DNA of 64,000 nucleotides from Gemmatimonas sp. (GCA_031414535.1 JANNVQ010000049.1:96001-160000); one strand, 5' to 3'. Numbered from the stretch's first letter, positions 42,229-52,806 are shown. Translations and numbers: made by a program. Notes: generated by a model from the sequence alone, not told the origin.

Positions 42229-43400
42229 TGCGTCGCATCTCGCTCGTTCTTCCCTTCGTTGCCTCGGTTGCATTGGCCTGCGGCAAGTCGGACGCCGCCC
42301 CGTCCGGCGGCCCCGCAGGCGCCCCTGGAGCCGCACCTCGTGGCGGACCTGGCGCCTCCGCGCGCAGCGTCAGTTCCGTCGTGCTCTCGGGCGCGGATGT
42401 GCACACCGTGAACCAGGGCCTCATCGAGATTGGTGTCGCGGTGTCCGGCGGCCTTCGTCCCATTGAAACGCTTGTCATCCGCGCGCGCCTCGAGGGGGAC
42501 GTCATCGAAGTCGCCGTTCGCGAGGGTGACCGCGTGGCGCAGGGTGCTTTGCTCGCACGCTTCGAAAGCACCGAGCAAGAGGCCGGACTGCAGTCCGCTC
42601 AGGCAGACAAGGTCGCGGCGGAGACAGAAGCCAAGACCGCAACGTGGAACTTCGAACAGACGCGCGATCTGTTTCAGGCCGGCGCCATTCCCGAACGTGA
42701 TTATCGCGCCGCCGAACAGGTGGCCACGAATGCGGCAGCACGGCTGGCGGCGTCCGAAGCGCGCTTGCGCGCGGCCACACTCCTCGCCCGCGACACGCGG
42801 GTCACCGCGCCTGTCTCGGGCATCGTCGAGCGCCGCGTGATTGAGCGCGGCGTGCGCGCGCTGCGGGGGAGCGAGCTCTTCACGCTCGTGCGCACCGACG
42901 TGCTCGAACTCACCGCAGCCGTCCCCGCCCGTCTGGCCGACGGCGTGCGCCCCGGTCAGCCCGTGCGCTTCTCTGCCGATGGTCGCGCGCTGGAAGGGCG
43001 CGTGGCGCGCGTGAGCCCCACCATTGATCCCGCCTCGCAGTCGGTCACCGTGTACGTACAGGTGCCCAACGCCAACGGCGAGTTGAAGGGCAACACCTTC
43101 GCCACTGGGCGAATCATCGAACGCGCGTTGGAGAACCAACTGCTCGTGCCGCAATCGGCCATCCGCCAACCGGCCGCAGGCTCCACGGCCGGCCCGTTCG
43201 TCTGGCGCCTCGCTGGTGGCGTGCTCGAACGCGCGAGCGTCACGTTGGGCGTGGTCGATGAATCACGCGGCATCGTGCAGGTCGTCGAGGGCCTCGCGGT
43301 GGGCGATCAAGTCGTGGTCGGCAACGTTGGCATGCTCGGCGCCGGCATGCAGGTACAGCTCATTGGCGGTGAAAACCGCCCCGCAACCGGAGCCCGCTAA
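42228..43400 (+). CDS. RND periplasmic adaptor (membrane fusion protein)
   Basis: Lipobox ALAC; VREGDRVAQG, VTAPVSGIV, GLAVGDQVV. Confidence 0.9.
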   Translation: MRRISLVLPFVASVALACGKSDAAPSGGPAGAPGAAPRGGPGASARSVSSVVLSGADVHTVNQGLIEIGVAVSGGLRPIETLVIRARLEGDVIEVAVREGDRVAQGALLARFESTEQEAGLQSAQADKVAAETEAKTATWNFEQTRDLFQAGAIPERDYRAAEQVATNAAARLAASEARLRAATLLARDTRVTAPVSGIVERRVIERGVRALRGSELFTLVRTDVLELTAAVPARLADGVRPGQPVRFSADGRALEGRVARVSPTIDPASQSVTVYVQVPNANGELKGNTFATGRIIERALENQLLVPQSAIRQPAAGSTAGPFVWRLAGGVLERASVTLGVVDESRGIVQVVEGLAVGDQVVVGNVGMLGAGMQVQLIGGENRPATGAR

Positions 43401-46400
43401 TGTTTCTCTCCGACATCTCCATTAAGCGCCCCGTCTTCGCCACAATGATGATGGTTTTGCTCATCGTCATTGGCGCCGTGGGATTCTCGCGGCTTTCGGT
43501 GGACGAGTACCCCGACGTCACGTACCCAATCATCATCGCGCAGACGACCTATCCCGGTGCCTCGCCCGAGGTGGTGGAGCGCGAAGTCTCCAAGCCGCTC
43601 GAGGAAGCGCTCAACACTACGGAAGGCCTAAAGGAGATCTCCTCCACGAGCACTGAAGGCGCTTCGCTGGTGCGCCTGCAGTTCAATCTCGGGGTGGATG
43701 TCTCGAAGATGCAGCCCGAGGTGCAGGGCAAGATTGGTCGCATCCGTCGTCAGCTCCCGCGGGACATCGAAGAGCCGGTGATTATCCGCTTCGACCCGAA
43801 CGATCGTCCGATCATGAGCATCGCGCTGCAGTCCGACGCGCGTCCCATGCGCGAAGTGACGGACCTGGGCCGCGAGGTGATCAAGCCGCGCATGGAGGCC
43901 ATCCCGGGCGTCGGCGGCGTCACGCTCGTGGGTGGAGCCACGCGTGAGATTCGCGTTGAGCTCGATCCCAATGCGCTACGGGCCTACGGGCTCTCACCCG
44001 TGAATGTGGTGAGCGCACTCGAACGTGAGAACCAAGAGGTGCCGGCGGGGCGCATCCAACGCGGCGACTCTGAGCGCTTGGTACGTATCACGGGCCGCAT
44101 CCTCGATCCGATGGCCTTCGGCGATGTCACAGTGGCCGTGCGCAACGGCGCACCCATCCGCGTGAAGGATGTCGCCAATGTGCGTGATGGCGTGGCCGAG
44201 GCGCGCAGCGCCTCCTTCATGGGTACCGCACCGGCGCTCTCGCTCGACGTCCTCAAGATTTCCGGTGCCAACACCGTGGAGGTCGCCGATCAGGTGCGTG
44301 TGGTAGTGGAGGAACTGACACGCCAGCTCCCCGGCGACATCAAGCTCACAATCATCCGTGATGACTCCAGCAAGATTCGTGAGGCGCTATGGGACGTCGA
44401 GCTCACGCTCGTACTCGGCGCCATCCTCACCATCATCATCATCTATTTCTTTCTCGCGTCTTGGCGCTCCACGGTCATCACCGGCCTTACGCTCCCGGTG
44501 GCGATCGTCTCGAGCTTCTTTGCGATGTGGGCCTTTGGCTTCACGCTGAACACGATGACGTTGCTGGCGCTTTCGTTGTCCATCGGCTTGCTGATTGACG
44601 ACGCCATCGTGGTCCGCGAGAACATCGTGCGTCACGTGGCGATGGGCAAAGATCATTACACCGCCGCGCGCGAGGGCACGAGTGAGATTGGACTCGCCGT
44701 GTTCGCCACCACGCTGGCGGTAATTGCTGTGTTCATTCCGGTAGCCTTCATGGGCGGTATGATTGGCAAGATTTTCTTTCAGTTCGGTGTGACGGTCGCC
44801 TTTGCGGTGACCGTGTCGCTCTTCGTGAGCTTCACGCTCGACCCGATGCTCTCCTCCATCTGGCACGACCCCGAAGCCGAACACCACAATGCCGCGGCGC
44901 GCGCCAAGAGTGGTCCGCTGCGTCGGATGGCCTTGGCGTTTGACGGGTGGTTTGAGCGGATGGCGGATAAGTATCCGCCGCTCCTTCTGAAGGCGCTGAA
45001 GTACCGTTGGTTGGTGCTGGCGGGCGGCGGCGTGTCGGTGGTGCTGGCGCTGCTCATCGCCGCCAAGGTCGGCTTTACCTGGATGCCAGACTACGACGCG
45101 GGTGAATTCAGCGTGTCGTATCGCATTCCGCCCGGAGCACGGGTGGATTACACCGTGTCCAAAGGACAGGCGCTCGACACGATTGTACGACGCATCCCCG
45201 AGGTGGAGTTCACCTATCTCACCGTCGGCTCGGGCTTCCGTGGTGGCGTCTCCAACGGCCAGCTCTTCGTGAAGCTGAAGCCCGCGCACGACCGCACGCG
45301 CTCGATGGCGGAGATTCAGAACGCCCTGCGTCCGCAGTTGCGCAATGTGTCCGGTACCCGCGCCAGCATCGATGGTACGCGTTCCATCTTCGGTGGGTAT
45401 CGCCAGCCAATCGTCGTGAACGTGCAGGGGCCGGAACCCGCGCGCCTCAAGCTCATCGCCAGCCAGGTGAACGACATCATGCGTGCCGTGCCGGGAATGG
45501 CAGAACCGTTCTCGAGCGACGAGGGTGACATCCCCCAGCTCGACGTGCGTGTGGACCGCCAGCAGGCGTGGGCCGCAGGCTTAGGGATAGGCTCGATTGC
45601 CGGCACCCTGCAACCACTGTTCTCCGGCACACGTGCTACCCGCTGGCAGGACGAGCAGGGCTATTCGCACGACGTGCGCGTCGTGTATCCTGACTCGTTG
45701 CGCACCTCGGCGGAGGACGTGGCCAACATTCCCGTGTCAGTCCCAGGCGCGGACTCGCGCGGTCAGTCCATCGCCATTCCCTTGGCCCAAGTGGCCGAAG
45801 TGCGGGCTGGTGTGGGACCACAACAGATTGAACGCCGCCAGCTCGAGCGGCAGATCTCCATTTCCGCTGGCGTACTTCCAGGCGCGGCCGTCGGTGACGT
45901 GGCGAACGCCACGCTCGTGGCCTTGGATTCGCTGGTCCTGCCGGCCGGCTACCGCACCGCGTTCACCGGCGACGTGCAGAATCTCAACGAGACCAAGGGC
46001 TTCGTGCTCGAGGCCATCGTGCTCGCCGTGGTCTTCATCTACCTGATTCTCGCCTCGCTCTTCGGCTCGTTCCTGCAGCCGCTGGCCATCATGTTTTCCC
46101 TGCCGCTCTCACTGCTTGGCGTGTCGCTCGCCCTGTGGTGGACCAAGGGCACCATCAACGTGATGTCCATGATTGGCATCATCATGCTCATGGGGCTCGT
46201 GACCAAGAACGGCATCCTGCTCATTGACTTCGTCAATCAGGCGCGCGGCGAGGGCAAGGACCGACTCACCGCCATCCTCGAGGCGGGTCGCATCCGCCTG
46301 CGTCCCATCATCATGACCACCGCCGCGATGATTTTCGGCATGGTGCCTCTCGCCCTTGCCATCGGCGAGGGCGCCGAGCAGCGCTCCCCGATGGCGCACG

Positions 46401-46585
46401 CGGTGATTGGCGGCTTGATCACGTCCACCATCCTGACGCTGTTCGTGGTGCCTGCGGTGTACACCATTCTCGACGATTTCTCGAGCGGAATCGCGCGCCG
46501 TCGGGCGGCGCGGGCCACCGCCGTGGAGGTCGAGATCCCCGAGGTTCCGGTGCTGGCGCAGGACAGCTTCGCGAACCCCGCTTGA
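43400..46585 (+). CDS. RND efflux transporter permease (AcrB/MdtC family)
   Basis: SIKRPVFA, IDDAIVVRENI, KNGILLIDF, RLRPIIMTT. Confidence 0.95.
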   Translation: MFLSDISIKRPVFATMMMVLLIVIGAVGFSRLSVDEYPDVTYPIIIAQTTYPGASPEVVEREVSKPLEEALNTTEGLKEISSTSTEGASLVRLQFNLGVDVSKMQPEVQGKIGRIRRQLPRDIEEPVIIRFDPNDRPIMSIALQSDARPMREVTDLGREVIKPRMEAIPGVGGVTLVGGATREIRVELDPNALRAYGLSPVNVVSALERENQEVPAGRIQRGDSERLVRITGRILDPMAFGDVTVAVRNGAPIRVKDVANVRDGVAEARSASFMGTAPALSLDVLKISGANTVEVADQVRVVVEELTRQLPGDIKLTIIRDDSSKIREALWDVELTLVLGAILTIIIIYFFLASWRSTVITGLTLPVAIVSSFFAMWAFGFTLNTMTLLALSLSIGLLIDDAIVVRENIVRHVAMGKDHYTAAREGTSEIGLAVFATTLAVIAVFIPVAFMGGMIGKIFFQFGVTVAFAVTVSLFVSFTLDPMLSSIWHDPEAEHHNAAARAKSGPLRRMALAFDGWFERMADKYPPLLLKALKYRWLVLAGGGVSVVLALLIAAKVGFTWMPDYDAGEFSVSYRIPPGARVDYTVSKGQALDTIVRRIPEVEFTYLTVGSGFRGGVSNGQLFVKLKPAHDRTRSMAEIQNALRPQLRNVSGTRASIDGTRSIFGGYRQPIVVNVQGPEPARLKLIASQVNDIMRAVPGMAEPFSSDEGDIPQLDVRVDRQQAWAAGLGIGSIAGTLQPLFSGTRATRWQDEQGYSHDVRVVYPDSLRTSAEDVANIPVSVPGADSRGQSIAIPLAQVAEVRAGVGPQQIERRQLERQISISAGVLPGAAVGDVANATLVALDSLVLPAGYRTAFTGDVQNLNETKGFVLEAIVLAVVFIYLILASLFGSFLQPLAIMFSLPLSLLGVSLALWWTKGTINVMSMIGIIMLMGLVTKNGILLIDFVNQARGEGKDRLTAILEAGRIRLRPIIMTTAAMIFGMVPLALAIGEGAEQRSPMAHAVIGGLITSTILTLFVVPAVYTILDDFSSGIARRRAARATAVEVEIPEVPVLAQDSFANPA

Positions 46586-46611
46586 CGGCGGGGGGGTGCC
46601 CAGTGTATTCA
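46582..46611 (+). promoter_or_regulatory. Candidate sigma70 promoter for the histone-like gene
   Basis: TTGACG-N18-TATTCA, followed by AGGAGG RBS before ATG 46654. Confidence 0.4.
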
Positions 46612-46653
46612 GCGGTCATCGCGTAGCGCGCAAATTGATCTTAGGAGGCACTT

Positions 46654-47379
46654 ATGCCTGGTAGGGAGCTGTTCGACCGCCTGTTCTCGGACCGAGACGA
46701 GGACGAGGATTCCGGGTTCAGTGGAGGCGGTGGTGGTGGCGCCTCATATGACGAAGATGAAGACGAGGACGGAGGGTGGTCCGCCAACAAAGACAACTCC
46801 GACTCGCTGTGGGATTCCACCGAGGAATCCGACGAAGAAGAAGAGGAGGGCGGAATCGCCCCGCTCGCCGCTGAAGAAGAGGAAGAGGACGCCGACATGT
46901 TCGGTGAGTCCATGGCGCCGCGTCGTCGTGGCCGTAAGCCCGCGCCGAAGCCCATCGTCCGCAGCATTTTCGAGGTAACGGGTGAGATGCCTATCCCGGA
47001 CATCGCCGCGGCGGCGGCGCCTGCCGTGAAGGCGGCCAAGGAAGCCCCCGCAAAGGCGGCCGCGGTGGTGAAGGAAGTGGTGGCCAAGGCCAAGGCCGTT
47101 GCGACCAAGAACGTGAAGGTCGTCGAAAAGAAGGCGAAAGTTGCGGCAAAAGTCGCGACCAAGGCCGTGAAGAAGGAGGCCGCATCCGCCAAGAAGTCGG
47201 CGAGCAAGGTCCTCAAGACCGCGGTCAAGAAAGTCGCCACCAAGGCCAATGCCGTGAAGAAGTCGGGCAAGACCGCGGCCAAGAAGGTCGTGAAGAAGGC
47301 CACCTCCAAGGCCAAGGCCGTGAAGAAGTCCATTTCGAAAGTCGCGAAGAAGGCGACCAAGGCCGCAAAAAAGAAGTAA
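46654..47379 (+). CDS. Histone H1-like/AlgP-like protein: acidic N-terminal half, Lys/Ala-rich C-terminal half
   Basis: D/E-rich N-terminus and AKK/KAVKK repeats; strong RBS. Confidence 0.8.
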   Translation: MPGRELFDRLFSDRDEDEDSGFSGGGGGGASYDEDEDEDGGWSANKDNSDSLWDSTEESDEEEEEGGIAPLAAEEEEEDADMFGESMAPRRRGRKPAPKPIVRSIFEVTGEMPIPDIAAAAAPAVKAAKEAPAKAAAVVKEVVAKAKAVATKNVKVVEKKAKVAAKVATKAVKKEAASAKKSASKVLKTAVKKVATKANAVKKSGKTAAKKVVKKATSKAKAVKKSISKVAKKATKAAKKK

Positions 47380-47446
47380 GGTTTTTGTTGTAGCGGTAGC
47401 GGGCGAGCTATCCGCGCCGGACGTTCCGCGTTAGTCTTTGCGGACG

Positions 47447-47995
47447 ATGTCGGACTCGCCCGTTGCCCTGCTCCGCGCCCACGCGCGGCACGCCCCGTGG
47501 AATGCGCGGGGTTTGGCCTCCCACGCCACCGCCTTGGTGGATGCCGCAGGGATGCGCCCCACCAATTCCTCCGCCCGCGCCACTCCATCGGCGCGTGCCA
47601 TTCGCTTTTACGTCGCCAACGGTCTCCTCGATCACCCCGAGGGAAAAGGCACCGCCGCCACGTATCACTACAAGCATCTCCTGCAGTTGCTCGCCATCAA
47701 GATTCGGCAGCGCGAAGGGCAAACGCTGGATGTAATCAAGGTGGAACTTGCCGAGATGCAGGGCGATCAACTCGAGAGGCGCGTCTCGGCATCGCTCGCG
47801 CCAGCGCTCGGCACTGGCCTGAGCGCCGCTGGTCCCGCAAATGACGAGATGGGTCCTGCTTCATGGCGGCGCGTCGCGGTAGCCGATGGAATTGAGCTGC
47901 ATGTGCGCGACGATTCCTCCGCCGCTCGCGAGTCCACCTTGATTGCCCTGCGCGAAGCCATGCGCGCCGCACTGGGTCGCGAAGACCGCGACTAG
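47447..47995 (+). CDS. MerR-family HTH protein
   Basis: SARAIRFYVANGLLDHP..G..ATY..KHLLQL; C-terminal WRRVAVADGIELHVR. Confidence 0.78.
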   Translation: MSDSPVALLRAHARHAPWNARGLASHATALVDAAGMRPTNSSARATPSARAIRFYVANGLLDHPEGKGTAATYHYKHLLQLLAIKIRQREGQTLDVIKVELAEMQGDQLERRVSASLAPALGTGLSAAGPANDEMGPASWRRVAVADGIELHVRDDSSAARESTLIALREAMRAALGREDRD

Positions 47996-48049
47996 TCGCT
48001 GCTTCGTCCCTCTTGCCCGCATTCACGAGCGGGACGACATTGATGTCAG

Positions 48050-48889
48050 ATGGTTCCCTCCCCTCGACGCCGGCCTCCGTCGCGCACGGTGTTGCTGGAT
48101 CGCGCGATCGAGGCGCTTCCGCTCTTCCGACTCTCTGATAGCTCGGAAGATGTTGCCGTCGCCTGCACCACCGCTGACGGTGGGAGGTGGCGCGTCCTGC
48201 CGACGCCGGGCGAGCGGCTTCCTGGCACCTTCGACCAAGACGTGTACGTCGAGCTAATGCGACGCTTCCAAGAAGCGGAACTGCCCGCGGACGGTACACT
48301 CTCGTTCACCTTGCACGCGTTTCTGCGATCGATGAGCCGACGCGTGGACGGACGAACCTATGAGCAGCTCCGCGGGGCCCTCGCCCGGCTGGAACGCACG
48401 GTGCTTGAGAGTGACGGCGCTTGGCATGACGCGAGCAGCAACACACGCCCGCAGACACGCTTCACGCTGCTGTCAGCCGTGGCCATTGACCGCCGACGCT
48501 TCACCGACCGCAATCAGCTGGCGCTCTTTCCGGCCCTCGCCAGCAACGAACCAGGCGATGCGCGCGTGACCATCGCGGCGCAACTCCGTGGAAACATCGC
48601 GGCCGGCTACCACATCACGCTTAACGCCCAGATCTACACAGCACTCTCCTCCCCGGTGGCCCGGCGCCTCTATCGCCTGCTTGAGTCCGAACGTGCGTCC
48701 ACCGGCGGCGAGCCCTGGCGGGTGACGCTCGAACATCTCGCCGAACGCCTGCCGCTTACCCAACGCTATCCCTCGCACCTCCAGCGCGTGGTGCAGCCCG
48801 CGCACGAGATGCTGCTCGCCGCGGGTATCGTCCGCGGGGCAAAGTTCCTCCAAGAAGGCAAACTTTGGTTCGTGGAGTACCGCTGGTAA
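48050..48889 (+). CDS. Plasmid-type replication initiator protein A-like protein
   Basis: PGTFDQDVYVEL, FTLHAFLRSM...GRTYEQLRGALARL and YTALSSPVARRLYRLL resemble RPA/Rep winged-helix initiators; recognised by eye. Confidence 0.65.
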   Translation: MVPSPRRRPPSRTVLLDRAIEALPLFRLSDSSEDVAVACTTADGGRWRVLPTPGERLPGTFDQDVYVELMRRFQEAELPADGTLSFTLHAFLRSMSRRVDGRTYEQLRGALARLERTVLESDGAWHDASSNTRPQTRFTLLSAVAIDRRRFTDRNQLALFPALASNEPGDARVTIAAQLRGNIAAGYHITLNAQIYTALSSPVARRLYRLLESERASTGGEPWRVTLEHLAERLPLTQRYPSHLQRVVQPAHEMLLAAGIVRGAKFLQEGKLWFVEYRW

Positions 48890-48998
48890 CAGAGCCCCGC
48901 GCAGTGCACCACAATGTCATGGCTTCCTGACGGAACCCAGAGTAGCCCTCGGCGTATTGCCTGTGTACGTTCCGAGACCATTTCGCCCGGGCTTCCAG

Positions 48999-50663
48999 AT
49001 GCTCCGTCGTCGCACAGTCGCAATCCTCGCCGTCCTCGCCCTGCCATTCGCTGCAGGAGCTTTTGTCGTGCAGGAGCGCGCCTCGACAGCCTCTGCTGCG
49101 CTGTTTGACCAAGTGCTCTCGCTCGTTGGCGAGCGCTACGTGGATTCCATCGGGACGCGCGAACTCTACGAACGCGCCGCTCGCGGTCTCGTCGAAGAGC
49201 TCCGCGATCCGTACTCCGAGCTCTACACGCCTGCCCAGCTCGAGGCCTTCAACACCACCACCGGCGGCTTCTACGGTGGCGTGGGCATGCTGATTGAAGA
49301 TCAGGAAGGCACCATCATCATCAGTCGCGTCTATCCCCACACACCCGCCGAGGAAGCCGGAATCCGTGAGGGTGACCGCATCGTTGGCGTTGATACCAGC
49401 TCCACGCGCGGCTGGCGGCTCGATCAAGTCTCGGGCGGATTGCGCGGGGCGCCGGGCTCAAAGGTGAAGGCGCGCTTCCAGCGCCCCGGCGTAGCCCAAG
49501 CCTTCGAAGTCGAATTCACGCGCCGTACCATTCGCATTCCCGCCATCCCCTTTGGCTTGTTGCTCGACAAGGAGATTGGCTACATCCCAGTGCAGCAGTT
49601 CAACGAGACCACCACGCGCGAGTTTGCGGAGATCTATCGCCGCCTCACGAGCGAAGGTGCCAAGAGCCTCGTCATTGACCTGCGCGGCAACTCCGGCGGC
49701 TATCTCGATCAAGCGCTTGAGATGACCAACTTCTTCCTGCCCCGTGGCCGCGAGTTGGCCAGCGTGCGTGGGCGTCAGGGTCAGATTGAGCGCTACACCT
49801 CCGAAGGCACCGCACTCGCACCAAGCATTCCAGTGGTCGTCCTCACCGACGGCTTCTCCGCCTCAGCGTCCGAGATCGTCGCCGGTGCGCTGCAGGACCA
49901 CGACCGCGCGCTTATCGTCGGCGTCACCTCGTTCGGCAAGGGACTCGTGCAGTCGGTGTTCCGCCTTGACGGTGGCTACGCCATCAAGCTCACCACCGGC
50001 AAGTGGTACACGCCAAGCGGGCGCTCCATCCAAAAGGAGCGCGTGCTCGACGAGAACGGCCGCCTTGTAGAAGTCGCGCCCGACTCCGGCAGCGAGTCCG
50101 ACAGCGCGCGCGCCGCGCGTCCCATTTTCCGCTCCACCGGTGGACGCCCCGTGTACGGCGGTGGCGCCATCACACCTGACGTCGTGGTGCCGTACGACAC
50201 GATGTCCACGGCTGAACTCCGCCTCGCACGCGCACTCGTGCCACGGTCACAGGATGTGTACCTCGCGCTCTACGATTACGCCTTCGGCTTGAAGGATCAG
50301 GTCAGTGCCGACTTCGAGGTTACCACGGCCATGCGCGACGGGTTCCGCCAGCGCTTGGAGGCGAAGGGCGTCACCATCGACCGCGCCGAGTGGGACGCGG
50401 GACGCGCATACGTGGAACGCCTGCTCGACAACCGCATTTCACGCTTGGCCTTCGGCGACTCCACGGCCAAGCGCCGTGAGATTCCGCAAGATCTTCAGCT
50501 GCTTCGCGCAATGGATCTCCTCCGCCGCTCACGCACCACGGCGGAACTGCTCGCGCTCGCCCCGACGCCGACCACCGCCACCGCGCAGGGCGCTGATTCC
50601 GTGCGCGGACGCTCGGCCGTGCGCGCGGGCACCCCGGCGCCGGCCATCCGGCGCCCTAAGTAA
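48999..50663 (+). CDS. S41 carboxyl-terminal processing protease
   Basis: DPYS, PDZ motif GGVGM, IDLRGNSGG, SASASEIVAGALQDHDRA, FGKGLVQ. Confidence 0.94.
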   Translation: MLRRRTVAILAVLALPFAAGAFVVQERASTASAALFDQVLSLVGERYVDSIGTRELYERAARGLVEELRDPYSELYTPAQLEAFNTTTGGFYGGVGMLIEDQEGTIIISRVYPHTPAEEAGIREGDRIVGVDTSSTRGWRLDQVSGGLRGAPGSKVKARFQRPGVAQAFEVEFTRRTIRIPAIPFGLLLDKEIGYIPVQQFNETTTREFAEIYRRLTSEGAKSLVIDLRGNSGGYLDQALEMTNFFLPRGRELASVRGRQGQIERYTSEGTALAPSIPVVVLTDGFSASASEIVAGALQDHDRALIVGVTSFGKGLVQSVFRLDGGYAIKLTTGKWYTPSGRSIQKERVLDENGRLVEVAPDSGSESDSARAARPIFRSTGGRPVYGGGAITPDVVVPYDTMSTAELRLARALVPRSQDVYLALYDYAFGLKDQVSADFEVTTAMRDGFRQRLEAKGVTIDRAEWDAGRAYVERLLDNRISRLAFGDSTAKRREIPQDLQLLRAMDLLRRSRTTAELLALAPTPTTATAQGADSVRGRSAVRAGTPAPAIRRPK

Positions 50664-50688
50664 TCACCGCTTCACCCAACCATTTCCG

Positions 50689-51744
50689 ATGTACAAGCGA
50701 ATCCTGATCGCCGCCGCGCTCGTGAGCGCGGCGGCCTGCGAACGCTCTCCAATCGTGGCCCGCACGCCGGAACCACAGGAAGGCCGCCTCTCCAACCTCC
50801 GCCAAATCACCTTCGGTGGCGAAAACGCCGAAGCGTATTGGAGCCCCGACGGTGACTGGATCACCTTCCAGTCCACCCGCGACGGCCGCACCTGCGACCA
50901 GCAGTACGTGATCCGCGCCAATGGCACGGACATGCGCCGCATCTCCGATGGCCGCGGCAAGACCACCTGCGGCTGGTTCTTCCCGGGCGGCGAGCGCCTG
51001 TTCTACGCATCCTCGACGGCGCACGACTCCAGCTGCCCCGTGAAGCCCGATCCTTCCCAGGGCTACGTGTGGCCGCTCGACCGCTACGACATCTACACGT
51101 CAAACCGCGACGGCTCCGACGTGCGTCGTCTCACCAACTACGACGTGTACACGGCCGAGGGCATCCTCTCGCCCGACGGGAAGAAGATTGTCTTCACGTC
51201 GCTCAAGGACGGCGATCTCGAGATCTACACGATGAACGCCGACGGCACCGACGTGCGCCGGCTCACCACGACTCCGGGATACGACGGTGGCCCTTGGTGG
51301 TCCCCCGACGGCACCAAGATCGTGTACCGCGCGCACCATCCGCGTGATTCCACGGAGCTCGCGCAGTATCGCAGCCTGCTCGCGCAAGGCCTGATTCGCC
51401 CGAGCAAGGTCGAACTCTTCGTGATGAACGCCGATGGCAGCAACCAGCGCCAAGTCACGGCGCTCGGCGGCGCCAATTTCGGCCCCTCGTGGAGCCCAGA
51501 CGGCAGGAAGATCATCTTCTCCACCAACTTCGTGGCGCCACGCTCGGGCAACTTCGACCTCTACCTCGTAGATGCCAACGCCTCGATGGCCGGCCCGGGT
51601 GATCTCGAGCAGGTTACCTTCCAGGGCACCTTCGACGGATTCCCCATGTTCCATCCCAACGGCAAGCAACTGCTCTGGGCGAGCAACCGACACGCCGCCA
51701 AGACGGGCGAAACCAACCTCTTCGTTGCCGATTTCCGATGGTAG
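50689..51744 (+). CDS. TolB-like PD40 beta-propeller lipoprotein
   Basis: Lipobox AAAC; repeated WSPDG motifs. Confidence 0.85.
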   Translation: MYKRILIAAALVSAAACERSPIVARTPEPQEGRLSNLRQITFGGENAEAYWSPDGDWITFQSTRDGRTCDQQYVIRANGTDMRRISDGRGKTTCGWFFPGGERLFYASSTAHDSSCPVKPDPSQGYVWPLDRYDIYTSNRDGSDVRRLTNYDVYTAEGILSPDGKKIVFTSLKDGDLEIYTMNADGTDVRRLTTTPGYDGGPWWSPDGTKIVYRAHHPRDSTELAQYRSLLAQGLIRPSKVELFVMNADGSNQRQVTALGGANFGPSWSPDGRKIIFSTNFVAPRSGNFDLYLVDANASMAGPGDLEQVTFQGTFDGFPMFHPNGKQLLWASNRHAAKTGETNLFVADFRW

Positions 51745-51774
51745 ATTTCTAGGGTCTCTCCCCGGAGGAGTCCC

Positions 51775-52806
51775 TTGGAAGTCGTGTTTGGTGTCATCCT
51801 GATTGGCCTCGGCATCGTGCTCGCCAAGAGCATTCGCATCATTGGGCAAGCCGAGGTGATGGTCGTCGAGCGGCTGGGGCGGTTCAACCGCCTCGCCCGC
51901 TCCGGCCTCAACATCCTGATTCCTTTCGTTGAGCGGCCCCGCACGATCGACGTCCGCTACTTCGAGAGCGACGTCTCCGGCCTCAAAAAGATGACGGCGA
52001 GCAGCACCGCGCGCATCGATTTGCGCGAGCAGGTGCTGAACTTCCCTTCGCAGCCTGTCATCACCAAGGACAACGTCACCATCGACATCGATGCCGTGAT
52101 GTACTACCGCGTTGCCGATCCGCAGAAGGCGACCTACGCGGTGCAGAACCTCCCGTACGCGCTCGAAACGCTGACGCGCACCACGTTGCGCAACATCGTC
52201 GGCGACATCGAGCTCGACCAGACGCTCGCTTCACGCGACATGATCAACCGTCGCATGCGCGAAGTCATCGAGGAAGCGTCCATCGGTTGGGGCGTGGATG
52301 TGACGCGCGTGGAATTGCAGAGCATCGAACCGCCGCGCGACATTCAGCAGTCCATGGAACTGCAGATGCGCGCCGAGCGTGAGCGTCGTGCCGCCGTCAC
52401 AAATGCCGAAGCGTCCAAGCGCGCGGCCATTCTCGAGTCCGAAGGCCAAAAGGAAGCACAGATCCGGAAGGCTGAAGGTGAAAAGGGTGCCGCGATTCTA
52501 CGCGCCGAGGGTCTCGCGACTGCACGGTTGGCCATGGCTGACGCCGAGGCGGAGGCCGTGAAGCGCATCGCCGGCGCACTGCCGCCTGGCGAGGCCGCGA
52601 CCTATCTGCTCGGCCTCAAGTACATCGAGGCATTGCCGCAGATTGCGCAGGGCAAGGGCACGAGCATCTTCCTGCCCAGCGAGGCCACCGGTGTGCTTGG
52701 GGCTATTGGCGGCATCAAGGAGATGCTCCGCGGTAGCGGTGGCATCGCAGGGCAGGAGCGCGCACCGCTCTTGGGCGCCGGTCCGCTGGATCACACGGAC
52801 AAATAG
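51775..52806 (+). CDS. SPFH/band 7 (QmcA/paraslipin-like) protein
   Basis: VVERLGRF, QPVITKDNV, QMRAERERRA. Confidence 0.92.
   Translation: MEVVFGVILIGLGIVLAKSIRIIGQAEVMVVERLGRFNRLARSGLNILIPFVERPRTIDVRYFESDVSGLKKMTASSTARIDLREQVLNFPSQPVITKDNVTIDIDAVMYYRVADPQKATYAVQNLPYALETLTRTTLRNIVGDIELDQTLASRDMINRRMREVIEEASIGWGVDVTRVELQSIEPPRDIQQSMELQMRAERERRAAVTNAEASKRAAILESEGQKEAQIRKAEGEKGAAILRAEGLATARLAMADAEAEAVKRIAGALPPGEAATYLLGLKYIEALPQIAQGKGTSIFLPSEATGVLGAIGGIKEMLRGSGGIAGQERAPLLGAGPLDHTDK

Noticed and set aside
47020..47379. Possible CRISPR or DNA tandem repeat
   Set aside because: The repetition is codon-level (AKK-type peptide repeats); there is no constant repeat-spacer period and no cas genes.
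46641..47588. 315-aa minus-strand Phe/Ala/Ser-rich ORF
   Set aside because: Mirror of the Lys/Ala/Glu codons of the histone-like gene.
48050..48960. Integrated plasmid or prophage around the Rep-like gene
   Set aside because: No integrase, att repeats, iterons or other mobile genes were seen.
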